A stretch of 58,196 bases of DNA, filler included, from Squatina squatina (lineage: Eukaryota): assembly GCA_031763465.1 (NCBI GenBank). It is 3 parts of 3 records of this genome, joined end to end, with 100 filler letters (N's around TTAATTAATTAA, not from the genome) between each part and the next. Parts side by side here need not be neighbours in the genome. Positions count along the whole stretch, not along the records: positions 34,227 to 58,196 come from JARFOE010000004.1; 2 more parts are not named here. The stretch is one strand, 5' to 3'. The notes under the pieces are model-generated. The model did not search any database. It worked only from the letters and a program-made list of their open reading frames with translations, and was not told the DNA's origin. A program made the position numbers and the translations under genes. Shown here in pieces: positions 34,860-48,974 of this stretch; positions within the stretch are counted from its first letter, which is position 1, and every line of letters starts with the position of its first letter.

Positions 34860-35958
34860 GGCTAGTACCACTCCACAAACCCTTTGACACATGCTCAGTA
34901 AGTTCGTTCTCAAGTGAACCTCCACCAGGATATGAATGTGCAGCAGGAGTGTTCATCCTATCCAAGGTACCAGAAGAAAATATTACACTCTTTCTGTCTG
35001 ATTCCAGTTCTTGTTTGCAAATCAATTCACAAGGTGGTCCTGTCAGTGGCGATCCAACAGTAAAGCTTCTGTTATCTTTCTGAGGTGTGCAGGACAGTCC
35101 ATAGTTCTCACTACAAGGCCTGTGTTCTGTTTTAAGGTCACCCTGAGTCATTCCCTCTTCGAGGGAACAAGATGGTCTGGTGTCTAAAGGCTGTTGCAGT
35201 GGACTTTGTCTCTCAGTAGATTCTACATTAGTTTTTTTAGTGAACCTTGAACAAGGGGGTGTTCTACTTTTAGGTCTATCAACACACATTGGACTCATCC
35301 GCTTAATATTCATTTCCTTATCGGTAATTGCATGCTCTGTCGTATCAGGTTCATCTCCAGACAAGCNNNNNNNNNNNNNNNNNNNNNNNNNNNNNNNNNN
35401 NNNNNNNNNNNNNNNNNNNNNNNNNNNNNNNNNNNNNNNAGTTTGGGCATGGACTGGCCAGTCTTCTTTAAATGTGCTTGGAAACCCTGAGGTACTAGTA
35501 TGTGGTGTGCTATTGATGTGCTTGGTGCAAGCAAGCTGGTACTTCCTGTATTTTGGGCAGCGACCCATCTCATCGTTTGATGCAACAGGGATGGATATCA
35601 CAGCTGGTTCTTTCTCAGATAGCCGTGGAGATGCTTGAAACTCAAGGGTCTCGTCACATATTCTTTCCCTCGAACAGGTAATCTTATGAGTCTCAGATTG
35701 CATGTGTTCTTCCTCACCTTCGGAGTTACCATCTTCGTGTGCATCGGATTGTTGGAAAGTTGACATTTTGGTGTAGAGGAAAAAACCATCTTTCTCATTA
35801 AAGAGCTGGGCCTCAAGGAAGCGAAAGCAGGAGTCCTCCAGATTGTGCATGTGCAGGACCTCGGCACAGTGCATGACCTCTTGGATGTTGTCTCTGCTGA
35901 GTAATAGCTTAGCAGTGTAGGCAAACTGCAACAATGGGCTAAATCCTCTGGCGGTGAC
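34860..35958 (-). CDS. BACH2: BACH2 large exon, 5' part (second half of BTB domain and linker)
   Basis: Acceptor tttttgcag|GTC at 35958; VTARGFSPLLQFAYTAKLLLSRDNI..MHNLEDSCFRFL, PKYRKYQLACTK, LSGDEPD, TQGDLKTE, DRKSVIFSS, KGLW. Includes a 73-N gap. Confidence 0.95.
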
Positions 35959-36259
35959 CTGCAAAAAACAGGGAAATTGCCAGCATTACCATCAGCAGTG
36001 CTATTGTCCAAAATACCTCAAGTGTAGTTAGGTTTCCTGACAGTTCTAATGGTCATTAACAAATACTGAAAAATGCCAGTTAATCTTCTATTGGGTCAGC
36101 ACTGAACATTCCGTACTAATATTTACTTTGGAAAGCAGGAACTCTGCATGTTAGTGCACNNNNNNNNNNNNNNNNNNNNNNNNNNNNNNNNNNNNNNNNN
36201 NNNNNNNNNNNNNNNNNNNNNNNNNNNNNNNNNNNNNNNNNNNNNNNNNNNNNNNNNNN

Positions 36260-36335
36260 CGTTTATTCCTACTCTTTGCTTCCTGTCTGCCAACCAATTC
36301 TCTATCCACATCAATACTGAACCCCCAATACCATC
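36260..36335 (-). mobile_element. CR1 RT fragment
   Basis: GIGGSVLMWIENWLADRKQRVGIN. Confidence 0.9.
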
Positions 36336-38414
36336 TAGGTACCTTTCGGAGCCAGGTATGACTGCACTGGATTGGCCAGGAACCTCCATAAAGCCAGCAG
36401 CCACACTTTTACTGGAGTGTGGGCTCCAGCTCCAAAGAAGGCCACCCTCCTTTGGAGCATATTCTGCAGCAAAACCTCCAGGCCTTCAGCAGTAAAGGGA
36501 ACTTATACCTTCTGGTTGTGGCACTGGGAGCAATTAGTCCACTTTTCTGCCACCACAACTTCCCCTTTTATGGCAGGCAGCAGCCCTTTAACTGCTGCCG
36601 CCTTGGTCGATTTTCCAATTCCCAGGCAAATGTATTATAGGCTAGCCTCGCTCTGGAAGCTTCAACTGTGCAGGTAGCCTATTCAGATTAGTGGGGGTGG
36701 GGGAAATTCCCAGCGCAAAATTCGGATGGCCCAGTCCCCACACTGCGTGCAGAAAATCGTGGCTGTTATCTTTACTCAAACAAATCTACATTAAGGATAT
36801 CAGAAAACAATTACTTTAAATGTTCACCTTAAATGAGTTACAGTCCTCTCCTGGTCGTAATTAAGCTCCACTGTACTCGTGAGGTTTGCAGTAGTCTATC
36901 AGTGCCACGGAGAGCCAGTATTTCTTGGCGATAAAATTCCAATGGCTGTATTTATTGCTCCTTCTGTCACTAGGCATAGTGATACAGTAGAGAAATAAAT
37001 TCTTTTATTTCCATTGTGGCACTCAAAATAAGCTACTAAAGCCAATTTGGCAGCTCTTGGTGGATTTTTTGCTTCATAAGTAATAATAATTTCCATAAAT
37101 TTACTTCAATCTGATGCTTAAAAATAGTACAGGGTGAGTCATTCCTAGTAANNNNNNNNNNNNNNNNNNNNNNNNNNNNNNNNNNNNNNNNNNNNNNNNN
37201 NNNNNNNNNNNNNNNNNNNNNNNNNNNNNNNNNNNNNNNNNNNNNNNNNNNNNNNNNNNNNNNNNNNNNNNNNNNNNNNNNNNNNNNNNNNNNNNNNNNN
37301 NNNNNNNNNNNNNNNNNNNNNNNNNNNNNNNNNNNNNNNNNNNNNNNNNNNNNNNNNNNNNNNNNNNNNNNNNNNNNNNNNNNNNNNNNNNNNNNNNNNN
37401 NNNNNNNNNNNNNNNNNNNNNNNNNNNNNNNNNNNNNNNNNNNNNNNNNNNNNNNNNNNNNNNNNNNNNNNNNNNNNNNNNNNNNNNNNNNNNNNNNNNN
37501 NNNNNNNNNNNNNNNNNNNNNNNNNNNNNNNNNNNNNNNNNNNNNNNNNNNNNNNNNNNNNNNNNNNNNNNNNNNNNNNNNNNNNNNNNNNNNNNNNNNN
37601 NNNNNNNNNNNNNNNNNNNNNNNNNNNNNNNNNNNNNNNNNNNNNNNNNNNNNNNNNNNNNNNNNNNNNNNNNNNNNNNNNNNNNNNNNNNNNNNNNNNN
37701 NNNNNNNNNNNNNNNNNNNNNNNNNNNNNNNNNNNNNNNNNNNNNNNNNNNNNNNNNNNNNNNNNNNNNNNNNNNNNNNNNNNNNNNNNNNNNNNNNNNN
37801 NNNNNNNNNNNNNNNNNNNNNNNNNNNNNNNNNNNNGTATGCATAACATAATAAAGAACATAAAATCAACAGCAGTTCCAGGAATGTTGCCAAAATCCGA
37901 CACATAGCCACACAGACCTGCTTTGTGCACAATTTGGCCTTTGTTTCCTTATTACAAATAACAGCACAGACCGAGGGAGACGCGTATTTCTCATGTCAAA
38001 CAAAGACAAATTCTGCAGAGCACAGGCAAAGGCATTCAACTTCAGAGTGAATTGCTCTGGGTTTGATCATACCCAAGTGACTGACTTAGAACTGACGAGG
38101 TAGGAAAGCAGCCTTTAATTTTGTATGAGGATGCTTAGATAAAATGGCACAACGTCACAATCCATTTAAAAAAGGAACAGAGGCAGGGCTGCATTTTTAA
38201 ATAAATTAGACATAAAACAGAATTTATGGCAGAACCAGTGACCTGATTACTGCATCAAAAGGTATTGTGATTTCCCTCACCCTAGTCAGGTGAAAATATC
38301 TAAATATCCCCAGAGTTAAAATAACAGCATATTATTGAACAAACTGAAATAAAAACACAGGACCTTAACATTTATACTGTTTCAATAGAGATGGAGAATT
38401 AACTTTGACATGGG

Positions 38415-38530
38415 GTCTGGCTGGGTGATGCATTTGGGTTTGCTCTCTGCCCTTTCACATCTGAGAGCTGGATTTGAATCCCATCCAGACTAATCAGTTA
38501 AAAATCTTCTGTTGCTTCCTTCATGACTCA
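38415..38530 (+). mobile_element. LF-SINE-like 5' head
   Basis: ctgccctttcacatctgagagctggatttgaatcccatccagactaatcag is complementary to the head regions of the 14215 and 55205 copies. Confidence 0.45.
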
Positions 38531-38589
38531 GTGAATAAATGCACCACCTCTTGTGCTACTGTGTTGTAAAGACTAGGGAGATCTCTATA

Positions 38590-38845
38590 CGGATCCTGCT
38601 CTCTATGGAGTTAGCTGATCCAAGCCAAAGTGGAGGTAGGGAACCTACATCTGGCCTCAGTACTCCACAGGTAAGCAGGGGAAAAAAATCTGATAAGCTC
38701 GCTGCTCTTGATTATTATCCTGTGATCCTTATTGGTAAGTGCATGTGTGTGGACATTGTGCTGAGGACACAATTGGGTTTGACGGTGATGCCACCACCCT
38801 GCCCCGACCCACCCCTCAAGTAAAATAGTCTGCTGACACACATTG
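38590..38845 (+). mobile_element. Ancient SINE-like repeat (third family)
   Basis: gagttagctgatc..tggcctcagtact..gtgtggacattg..gaggacacaattgggtttgacggtgatg, colinear with 48975-49240. Confidence 0.5.
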
Positions 38846-39365
38846 CCCAGGTTCCCGAGTCTAAAACTGGAGCAACTATATTTACCAGTTCATTCAGAAC
38901 ATAACTCAATTATGTACTCTAGCAGGTTTCCCGTAACGCCCCCCACAGTAAGTCAGAAGTTATGCTGTGTTATAACAACATGAATGTTACACCATGTAAT
39001 GCACAATGCATTCTGCTGTTACGGTGGAGCTATGTTCAACCTGGCTTTTCCCCTTAATGTGACAAAGTTAAATTGCTGTAATAGAAACATTGGAGTTCAA
39101 TTAGATGCCATTTGTTATTGCTGCAGGAAATATGGCTGTAGTTTGGCACTTGATCATAAATCCCGACTCCTCCCTTGGGGAGACTCTAGGTAATCAACGC
39201 CAGAAGAAACTAAAAGAAAATGCTTTTAGTTCTCTTTTTGAAATATATATTTTTAAGATGCTACTTATTGATTGATAGGCTTTCTATCTCCTCAGTTGTG
39301 ACCAGCTGCTGTTTTATGAATATGGTATTGGAGCCAATCTGGTGCAAGTACAACAGAGCTCTTGC

Positions 39366-39411
39366 ATGTGTGACACTCTCTCAAGTGTATGTGTGACACT
39401 CTCTCAAGTGT
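39366..39411. repeat. Perfect 23-bp tandem duplication
   Basis: ATGTGTGACACTCTCTCAAGTGT twice. Confidence 0.9.
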
Positions 39412-39439
39412 GACAATGGTGTTAGGAGTTTTTAGTGTT

Positions 39440-39690
39440 TTTTTATTCATTCGCAGGATCTAGGCATCGCTAGCAAGGCTGGCATTTAGTCCCCATCCCT
39501 AGTTGCTCTTGAGAAGTTGATGGGCTGTCTTCTTGACCCACTACAGTCCATGTGGTGAAGGTACTCCCACAATGCTGTTAGGTAGGGAGTTCCAGGATTT
39601 TGACCTAGTGACAGTGAAGAAACGGCGATATATGTCCAAGTCGGAATGGTGTGCGACTTGGCGGGGAATTTGAAGGTGATGGTGATGTAC
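39440..39690 (-). mobile_element. LINE 3' end (tail shared with SINE at 57108)
   Basis: ttattcattcgcaggatctaggcatcgctagcaaggctggcatttagtccccatccctag, continuing into antisense ORF2 end (gggagttccaggattttgacc). Confidence 0.7.
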
Positions 39691-40339
39691 TAATAGATTC
39701 CCCATGGCATAGCGCATAGTTGGTCTTGGGTCTGAAGCATGGTTGGAATGACTGGTTGCTAATGTGACCTATGCCTCTCCTATAAAGAGGAAAATCCAGG
39801 TATTTGTGGCGGCTTATAAACTGCGGAACTGAATTAGAACAGTTGTAACTGCTTGTAAAATCCACTTTTTTTAAACATTGTTTTGTAACTGTAACAAATT
39901 GTGACATCTGGATACGATGTTCATAAGCTCGACACAAGACTTTTATGTGCATATTAGCAGATTCCGTGAAGAATTGCTTGTGGTAAGTCAGAGGATATGC
40001 TGTTGTATAAGGGCAGGTGTAATAATACAATGTCATTAGTCAACTGTTAAGCTCCAATTGTGTGTGACATAGTGGATCTTTTTAAGGTCTAACTGGAGTG
40101 CCTTCCTGACATCAGTGAGCGGTAACTTGGTCTTGTGAAGGTCTTGAACTCAATTGCAGGTCAAAGAAACCTTTCTCACCTACATTTTTACAGTGCGACA
40201 GAAATATGCATGTGTGACATTCCGATGAATACGGCTCGCAAATTTTAGAAAAATACCATCAGATCTCCTGTGGTGATGTTCCTGGTGAATCGGTGATTGT
40301 TTTGTTGCAAGGGAGTGTGCAACGGGGGCAGATGTTCAA

Positions 40340-40470
40340 AAGGAAAAAGATTGCTGGGCTATGGGGAAAGAGCAGAGGAGTGGGGTTGATTGGGCAGCTT
40401 TTTCAAAGAGCCGGCACAGGCACAATGGGCCGAATGGCCTCCTTCTGTGCTGTATCATTCTATGATTCTA
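40340..40470 (+). mobile_element. CR1 3' end
   Basis: gggctatggggaaagagcagaggagtggg..atgggccgaatggcctccttctgtgctgtatcattctatgattcta. Confidence 0.85.
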
Positions 40471-40784
40471 TTCTACATCACTGAAACAAATTGGAAAGAC
40501 GTTTGTGAAAGATTTTCTAAGTGACAGTGAAGTAAGTGTTTTTTTCATTGATTTCTTGAAAGTGTTTTATAAATCTTGATTTCTTTCTTTACTTATCTAT
40601 CTGCAATGAGTAAATACCACAGTACATAAATAGANNNNNNNNNNNNNNNNNNNNNNNNNNNNNNNNNNNNNNNNNNNNNNNNNNNNNNNNNNNNNNNNNN
40701 NNNNNNNNNNNNNNNNNNNNNNNNNNNNNNNNNNCAAGGCCCCTGTCTCCCAAGAAAAGTGCAACTTGATACCAGGAGAAAATT

Positions 40785-40950
40785 ATGGAAACCTGAAATG
40801 AAAGCAGAAAATGCTGGAACTTTGTCAGAATCTAAAGGATAGGCTAACATTTCCGATGCGATCCTTCATCAGGATCCATTTCTGAAGTTATATTTGAAAA
40901 CATTAACTTGTCTTTTTCCAATGCGGATCAGTGTAATTCCAGCTATTTCT
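40785..40950. mobile_element. Highly degenerate inverted pair of Penelope-like termini
   Basis: ctgaaatgaaagcagaaaatgctgg; minus strand CTGATGAAGGATCGCATCGGAAATGTT is a hammerhead remnant. Confidence 0.5.
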
Positions 40951-41579
40951 GTTTCTCTTTAATTCTGCCGTCTTGCTTTTCAGAGCTCCCTTTACTCTTA
41001 TTTCTCCTCTACTTTAGTGCAAGTACTCGAAACAGGTTTAGAATAGGGGCCTGAGAGAAAAACTAGATCATGGAATTCTCGATTTGAATGAATTTCCACA
41101 GTCCACAAAAAAAAGGAACTGGTGAACTAGACATATTTGAATGCAGATCCCTGGTGTGACCACACACTGTAGCTTTCAGACTCCATTTCTGAAGTAAACG
41201 CAGCTGCACCAATGCATATACAGATTGCAACCAACTCCGACCTTCCTTGATTGCACATAACCAACCTCCATTTCATTGAGTAAACTGTCGAACAGTTGAT
41301 CACGATACTTGAAGATGCTGGTAGGGCTCCTTTTAGAGCAAAGATGNNNNNNNNNNGCCTCAACAGCCGGCATCGGCCCAAGCTCAAACTGATCAAATTC
41401 TTGCCAAGTTCCTTGATTGCGGGCTTCAGTCTCATTCAAACATTTATTTTAACCTCTGCTCTTGCATTGTATGTGCTTGGCCACAGGTTTTAAGTTTTAT
41501 TTTCCTTTGATCCTAATCGTAAGTACTGTGCTAAATGGACACCTGGAAGAGAGCAGTGGAGAGACTCATTTGTGGTTGG

Positions 41580-41805
41580 GGGATTTATTTTAGCTGGTCG
41601 GATAGAGAGAGAGATAAGAGATTCATTTCAGGCAACTGTAGATGAAAGGTCTTAGATAGCTGTGGAGGGGGAAATAATGTTTATTTATTTTAGAGGTAGT
41701 TGTGGGAGATGACATTTATTTTAGAGATAGCAATGGGAGATAATGGTTACTTTAGAAATTATTGTGGGTGGGGAACAAGTTTTATTTTTAGTTGATAATT
41801 GGGTT
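41580..41805. repeat. Degenerate ~30-bp tandem repeat
   Basis: Recurring TTTATTTTAG(AG)-TAG-TGTGGGAG units. Confidence 0.5.
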
Positions 41806-43767
41806 TGTCAGAGACTATTTTTAAGCACTGTGCGCAAAACATTCATTCATTCTACCCCAAAAATGAGACTATTTTTAAACTGGTGGGCCCACAGTATGTG
41901 GCAGGATGACTCAACCCAATTTTCCTCCTCTTTCTTATGCTTGCTATACCATGACTCCTACCATTCGAAGCACGACTGGAAAAGGGGAAGTCAATTATAT
42001 AGAGGGATTGCCAGAGGTTGAAGGGCCACAACTACATGCAACAGGAACCAACTCTACAGCTCACCTCAACGTCCAATCGCACAAAAATACAATCAACCAC
42101 CAACCTCCGAAGGAGCCAAATATGAGCCTGGCCAACCAGAGCGTGGGTTCTGTACCTGGCTTGTAATGCAACTGCTCCATATCTTAAGCATAAGTTTCTG
42201 GTCATCCAACGCAACAAGATGACTTTTGAAACAATTTTTTACTCGTGCTGCACCATTCTGACAAAGAGCCCCCTCCCCGCCCCACGCGGCCAAAGATGGG
42301 TGCCCCTGAATTTCTGGGCCAATATGTGCGATTTTCTCCAAAAACTTGCCACAAACAAGTTATACTATAAGCGCACAAAGTTATGTTAAGTTTGAGTGAT
42401 TAGTTGAATAGTGCAAAACTCTGGGTTTGAGAAATAAGACTAACATTATATCTCACAGCTTATAAACTAAAAACATTCTTTATAATTGCTAAGAGTGAAA
42501 ATATTACTGATTTCTGTATTACTAATCCTGTCAAGCTTTCCTGGAAAGGTGACCTTTCTTGTTGAACGAAAATGGTTTGTCATGACCTCTTCCTGAGGAC
42601 TGATTCTCTTTTCCTATCTTTAAATTTTAAATATACTAGCCACACCAAAGTTTTACAGTAGGCAACTGCTCATTATTTGCTTGACAAAAACTCATTGAAG
42701 CAAACCAGCAGTTGATGTTTGCACCAACTCTCACCATTGAATCAGTATAGAGCCAATTCTGCGATCTGACACCTTCAATGGAGTGGGGGTGGGGGGCTGG
42801 TGGGAGGCAGGGAACAAATAAGCAAGACTGGAGAGTCAACCCGTACTCCCACTGACTGGCTCATGAGCATTATTAAAGGTGATCTCAGAACAAGGCACCT
42901 TAATGACAGAGAAAAAGTATGAAACTTCATTCTGTTTCTCATCGAGTGCTATAAAGACTTTGTGCATAGCAGTGTTAACTAACACAGAAAGCATTGGTTG
43001 ATTCCCAGCTGAAAAACCAGAACCAAATCACTTGAGGTAGATACAATTGAACTGGGGAGGGAGGGGAGAAAGAAGGGCTTTTGTTTTAAACTTCTGTACT
43101 GATAAAGATCAACTTTTGTCATGACCAATTGGTCATGACAATATCAACCCACTTGCATAGGGTGCTGCCAAGCACTTCTTGATTTCAAACCTCCAACTTC
43201 TTGGTTTGGTCATCTTATCCAAATTAGAGGTGAGCAGATGAGAGGAGGTTGCTAAATAAATTGAAGTAATCATAGAAAATGGATGTGACCAGCAATGACA
43301 GCATTGTACAAAGCCTTTTGATGGAATACCATAATCCTCTTTAACATGCCATGTCCAAAGCTCATTTCTTGTTCTTCGAATGTTACGGCCCAAAGTCGAG
43401 ACCATTGGTCAGCTCAAAAATTCTTGTTCCAATACCATCCTTTACAGAGATGTGATAAGTATGGCTTCAGCATGGCTGTTGCACTATCCATCTTATGCAC
43501 TGCTGGAACTCTGACCTTAAAAACTTTGCTGAATCACCACTCATTGTCTTGGATTTCAAGAGCTTTTCTAACATCTGGCACATCTAAGCAATATGCCATC
43601 ATATAGGCTCACATGAAAATGTTCATAGCTATCATATTTCCTTTTATATAGCTCTCTCTATGCTGTANNNNNNNNNNNNNNNNNNNNNNNNNNNNNNNNN
43701 NNNNNNNNNNNNNNNNNNNNNNNNNNNNNNNNNNNNNNNNNNNNNNNNNNNNNNNNNNNNNNNNNNN

Positions 43768-44080
43768 CAACCCCATGAGCCCTTATCTTGCATAACAACC
43801 TTTTATGTGGCACCTTTTCAAATGCTTTTTGGAAATCCAACAATACTACTGGTTCCCCTTTATTTACCCTGCTAGTTACATCCTGAAAAAACTCTAATAA
43901 ATTTGTTAAACATGATTTTCCCTTTCATAAAACCATGTTGACTCTGCCTAATCATGCTATGATTTTCTAAGTGCCCTGTTGCCACTTCCTTAATAACGAT
44001 TCCATCATTTTCCTGATGACTGATGACAGGCTAACAGACCTGTAGTTCCCTGTTTTCTCTCTCCCTCCTTTCTTGAATAG
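43768..44080 (-). mobile_element. CR1 RT fragment
   Basis: LDFQKAFEKVPHKRLLCKIRAHG, with upstream NYRSVSLSS and QHGFMKGKSCLTNLLEFF. Confidence 0.92.
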
Positions 44081-47000
44081 TTTTCTCTCCCTCCTTTCTT
44101 TTACAGAACAATTTAAACTGAACATGTGGGCTAAGTAAAAGATTCATGTTGATTTTTGTTTGAAGTTTATAGTACTGAAAATAATCATTCTTATCTGAGA
44201 ACATTATGTGTATTTCTACAGAATAGTTGAAATAGAACAGATAGGATTAATGTTATATTACACCCATGATGGTCTAAGTGTTTTAATAAAGAACAGTACA
44301 AATAAATAGTCTGAAAGATTTGATTTAGTCTCGGAGGCAGTAAATCTTAATATATTAAAATATTAAATATTTCCCGCTTGCACCATTTTTAAGCTCAGCA
44401 TAAATACAAACATTAAATCCAGTCACCCATTCAACTGGATCTTTCATCCACAGTTACCAGGTCATGAAATAAATCCTCTATAATTTTCCTTCAACTGCTG
44501 TGCCTTCAGGGCAGACACAGTGCTGCAATTTACAGAGAGAAATTCCCCTGGCACCACCAGCAGGACTTGGTGACAGCACCATTTGTACTGCAAACTGTCA
44601 TGCCGTGACACTCGTACATTCACATAGTTCTTAATCCTTTGCTTGTTGCTAGGAGTCTAAATTTTCACCTTCTGCCATGCCCTTCTGTTGTAAAGCTTGT
44701 ATAAATGTACCCCTGTGTGTCCCTGATTATAAATACAGCTCACAACACTGCTCTGTTACTATAAAAATCCTGTCTTTGTTGTCCAAGTGCATGAACAGAA
44801 TACAATCTTCCACCTTCTGAGAAATATCTGTTTCCTGAAAATTGCAAAGGTGCTGTATGTATTTATCACCAAGAATTTCATTCTACAAATACTAGCCCTT
44901 TTAAATACATTGAATAAAGTGGATAGGAATCCTACCAAATAATGTTAATTATTTTTAAATATATTACAAGTGTAAAGTAGACTGACTCTTTCTGCAGCAT
45001 ACAAAAGAAATGTAAGGGTATGAATAAAACCGGATTGAGAAATATTACTGCATACAACTCTGGACATTGTTCTTTATGGCTCTGCTTTGTGGACCTGTGA
45101 CAGAACTATTTGCAATCCAAAAATGGCAATTGTTGGCACAAGTCCCATAATACAAGATGAGATGATTAGTAACATCCCTAGAGTGGAGAGAATCTGAAAT
45201 CTAGGCCACCAAACACACCATCACTTTCTCCTTTCTAAGGCAACTTTCCTGTCCCATTTTCTTTTTTAAATACCTCACTTCCAGCCCCATACAATCTCTT
45301 TTCACTGCCTCATGAAGTCTCCACCTAAAGTCATCCTCATTTCTCCACACAAAATGACTTTATTCACCTTTCAGAACAAAGCTTCTTGATGTCCAAACTG
45401 CTTCCAGGATCCAGAGAGCTTACACAAAATCCACACACAACTACCACAAGATGAACCCAGTATCATTTAATCAACCCAGCCACTAAATACCTTACTAAAT
45501 TAACTGTTACAAATGTGGAGTCTCATTCCTTCAGATTTTAATTGTTCTTGATTGTTTTTTAATCCCTTTTTATTAATTTTTCTTTGTCTCTTTTCTTTCT
45601 CTCCCTCTCTTAATCCAATCTTCCCCTCTTTATTTTTCTTTCTGTACCTGATTTAACATTGAATTCACCTACTCTAATTGACACTACCTTCCCAGTCTTT
45701 NNNNNNNNNNNNNNNNNNNNNNNNNNNNNNNNNNNNNNNNNNNNNNNNNNNNNNNNNNNNNNNNNNNNNNNNNNNNNNNNNNNNNNNNNNNNNNNNNNNN
45801 AGTAAATCATGTTTGAGCTCTTTGATCTGCGATATAAGAGCTTAATTGTAAAATATCTCATTTCAGCATGATCCTGGAATGTCAACTAATCCCAACATGC
45901 ATTACACAGCATCACCTGCACATCTTTCTTTACTGTAATTAAATGAAGCCTTCTAATTAAATTACAGTTCCTGAGGTCCCAGCATTGCCTTTCTGCAGGA
46001 ATAAAATCCTTCCAAGTTCACATTCATATTATCAAAGCGAGAGAGCCTGCCTCAGAAGTATTGTTATGTGAAGCAATGTCATTTAGATGAAATTCAGAGG
46101 GCTCCATAATTTTGCCTCTATCTCAAGTAATAATAAGCTGGAAATGCCAGTAAAACATTTTTTCTGACACTTTTTACATCACTGCATCTCAAGTTTTCTA
46201 AAGCATGGACAGACAAAAATCACAATATTGAAAGAACAGAGCAAATTAATCACATAATACTGTTAAACCTGGGGTAAGCAGTCTAGATTCAATGCATATT
46301 TTAACCCTTTGATAATGAGTAGTGAGTAGAACGATGATGATATCACCTGCTTAAGAACACGGATGTGTATTCCACTTGGGCGCCAACATNNNNNNNNNNN
46401 NNNNNNNNNNNNNNNNNNNNNNNNNNNNNNNNNNNNNNNNNNNNNNNNNNNNNNNNNNNNNNNNNNNNNNNNNNNNNNNNNNNNNNNNNAACATTCAGCT
46501 CAGGTCTTAAAGTTTCTCTGCTGGTAAATTTTGACAATTATTTTTTAAAAACTTACCTCAGCTCTATCCACACCCTGTCTCACGCAAAGACTTTAAACAA
46601 GTATAGTCAAATAACCACCTTAAGGTACAGAAATCATTCACAAGGAATTTGCTTTATCCTATCCAAATTAATGTAGGGGAGCAAATCTGCCTCTTCGTGA
46701 GGAGATCAATGTAAGGGACCACAGTCATTGTTCAAAGACAGTGATGAAACTATAATAGAGAAGATGTCTTAAGCATAAATACGTAATAATGATAATTGCA
46801 CTAAAACTATATTGCTTCCTGCTGCTCTTAGTGAAATGCATTTACCAATGCCATTTAGTATTTCAAAAACAGTATCAATGGTTTTAATCTAAACAAATTT
46901 AAGATACATACCCCAGTGTTTTTACACAGAAAGATACTAAATCAAATGCGTATGTTTCATTGGATTTCCAACATTGATTAAATGCAAAAGCATCATTATT

Positions 47001-48974
47001 TCTAAAAATAAACAATTACATTCAGCTGTAATGGCTAAAGAATTAATAACCCATCTGCCACTGAAACTCTTATCCAAACCTTTGTCAAACCTGAGACTCA
47101 ACAATTGCAATGCTCGGTATTTCAGNNNNNNNNNNNNNNNNNNNNNNNNNNNNNNNNNNNNNNNNNNNNNNNNNNNNNNNNNNNNNNNNNNNNNNNNNNN
47201 NNNNNNNNNNNNNNNNNNNNNNNNNGCTATACCAGTCACTGGAGACTGGAATTCTTTCTGCTTGATTCCAGGTAACATTGCAAACCATTACACTAATGGA
47301 TAGGGTGATCCTAGCAGGGAGCTTAATGGTACTTTGTGATTGCACTTGGGAGCGCTTAAGCCTTGGCTGTTGCCAACTTGTATGTACGCTCTCTGGACTT
47401 GGTAAATGAGAGGGACCCGCATAGAAAAATGGTGCACTCCAAAACAGTGAATCCAAAACTTTGCTATCGATTTATCAATAGCTTGATTTAGCGACTCTTA
47501 ACCATGATAGGTTTCCGTGCATGTCAGACACTCTGCCAACAAAAAAAGCTTCTGCCGCCATCCTCAAGCTAGCAAGGTGGTGAATCAGTGGGGATTACTA
47601 TTGATTGTGTTCTTGTGACCGTGTGGGTAGTGTGTTTAAATTTTCCCAGGGATTGAAAAACATCAATAACCAAGAGCCTTTACCAGTCACCTATATGTTT
47701 TATATTTGGGTGAACTTGCATTATGCAGCCCACTCGCTCTGTGACACTTGTATCCAAACACTTACTTACTCCAAAAGATTGTGCACCACCTCGGTGTCAT
47801 GAGAGATACTTCGTCCTTGCAATAAAATTGATTTTTTTTTTACTCACTTCATTATAAGTTATACTGCAGATGTGGATTAGTGCTGTGCTACCTCAAGGCA
47901 TTCTCATTTTACCGCACACATTATGCCAAGAACGATAAATGACTAAATTCTTGTCTTAAGATGGGGATCCATACAAAATGAAATTCATCCCACCACTCAA
48001 TGTCTAACGCTGATGTCATGTACTAAAGTGAGGCATTTTAAGCATTGTATTGATTGGAATGACCTCATGCTGTGTGCATTTAGTTGAAATTTCATCGTTC
48101 AGTTAGCTTCAATGGAGTCATGAAACCTTTAAGTTATCCCACTGACTGCTGTGAAGTGCAAGTATTAGGCATTTTAGTCCTGACAGCAATAACGTAATAA
48201 ATAGGCTATAAGAACGAGGCTAAACTGCTGCCCACAAAAACTAAATGAAATAATCTCAGAGGAAGATTGATATTTCTACTCTTTTAGCTGTCATGTGACA
48301 TCATTTTTAAATCCATTAGAATATTACAGACAAATCAAATTACCGCCAAGGTTATTTTTTTTGTGGCCACCTAGAAAATCATCTCTGAAAGGATAGGGCG
48401 AATACGTACAAGCGTTGATATTCCCAATATGCACCGCTGGGCCAGAGTCTTACCAGCCCTGCGAGTGCGGATGGAGGCGGGCCCGCTGTCAAAATGGCCG
48501 TGNNNNNNNNNNNNNNNNNNNNNNNNNNNNNNNNNNNNNNNNNNNNNNNNNNNNNNNNNNNNNNNNNNNNNNNNNNNNNNNNNNNNNNNNNNNNNNNNNN
48601 NNGGGGGGGGGGGGGGGGCACTGAAGGGCCAGGGCGTCGGGCCTCCCCGGGGCAGGGGGAGGGCAGGTCTTCTCCTGCCCCTCCCCATTACTGCAAGGTC
48701 CCAGTAACCCTCAATCCAGGCAGACTCTGAATTTGGAAAGCTGTTTTTTTTTCTCTCAGTACTCAGCTCTTACTTGTTTAAAGCACTTAGTTCACTACTG
48801 TAGTTGACAAATGTGGATTGGCAAAGAGAATAGAAGTGGTAACTAAGATACACCTCACAGTAAAAACGCTACTGGCAACAGCAGATTCCTTTCATCAAGT
48901 TCAGCTGAATATTCTAATGTATTTGTACTAAGCTTCATCATAGTACAACAACTTCATTCAGGGAGCAACTAATG

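Noticed and set aside
29865-35958. Convergent SKOR2-BACH2 gene cluster as a novel regulatory system
   Set aside because: The genes are separated by an artificial TTAATTAATTAA spacer and both are truncated there.
37036-37932. Long ORFs of 247-298 aa in the ORF track
   Set aside because: Almost entirely N-gap translated as X; the same applies to many other gap-spanning ORFs.
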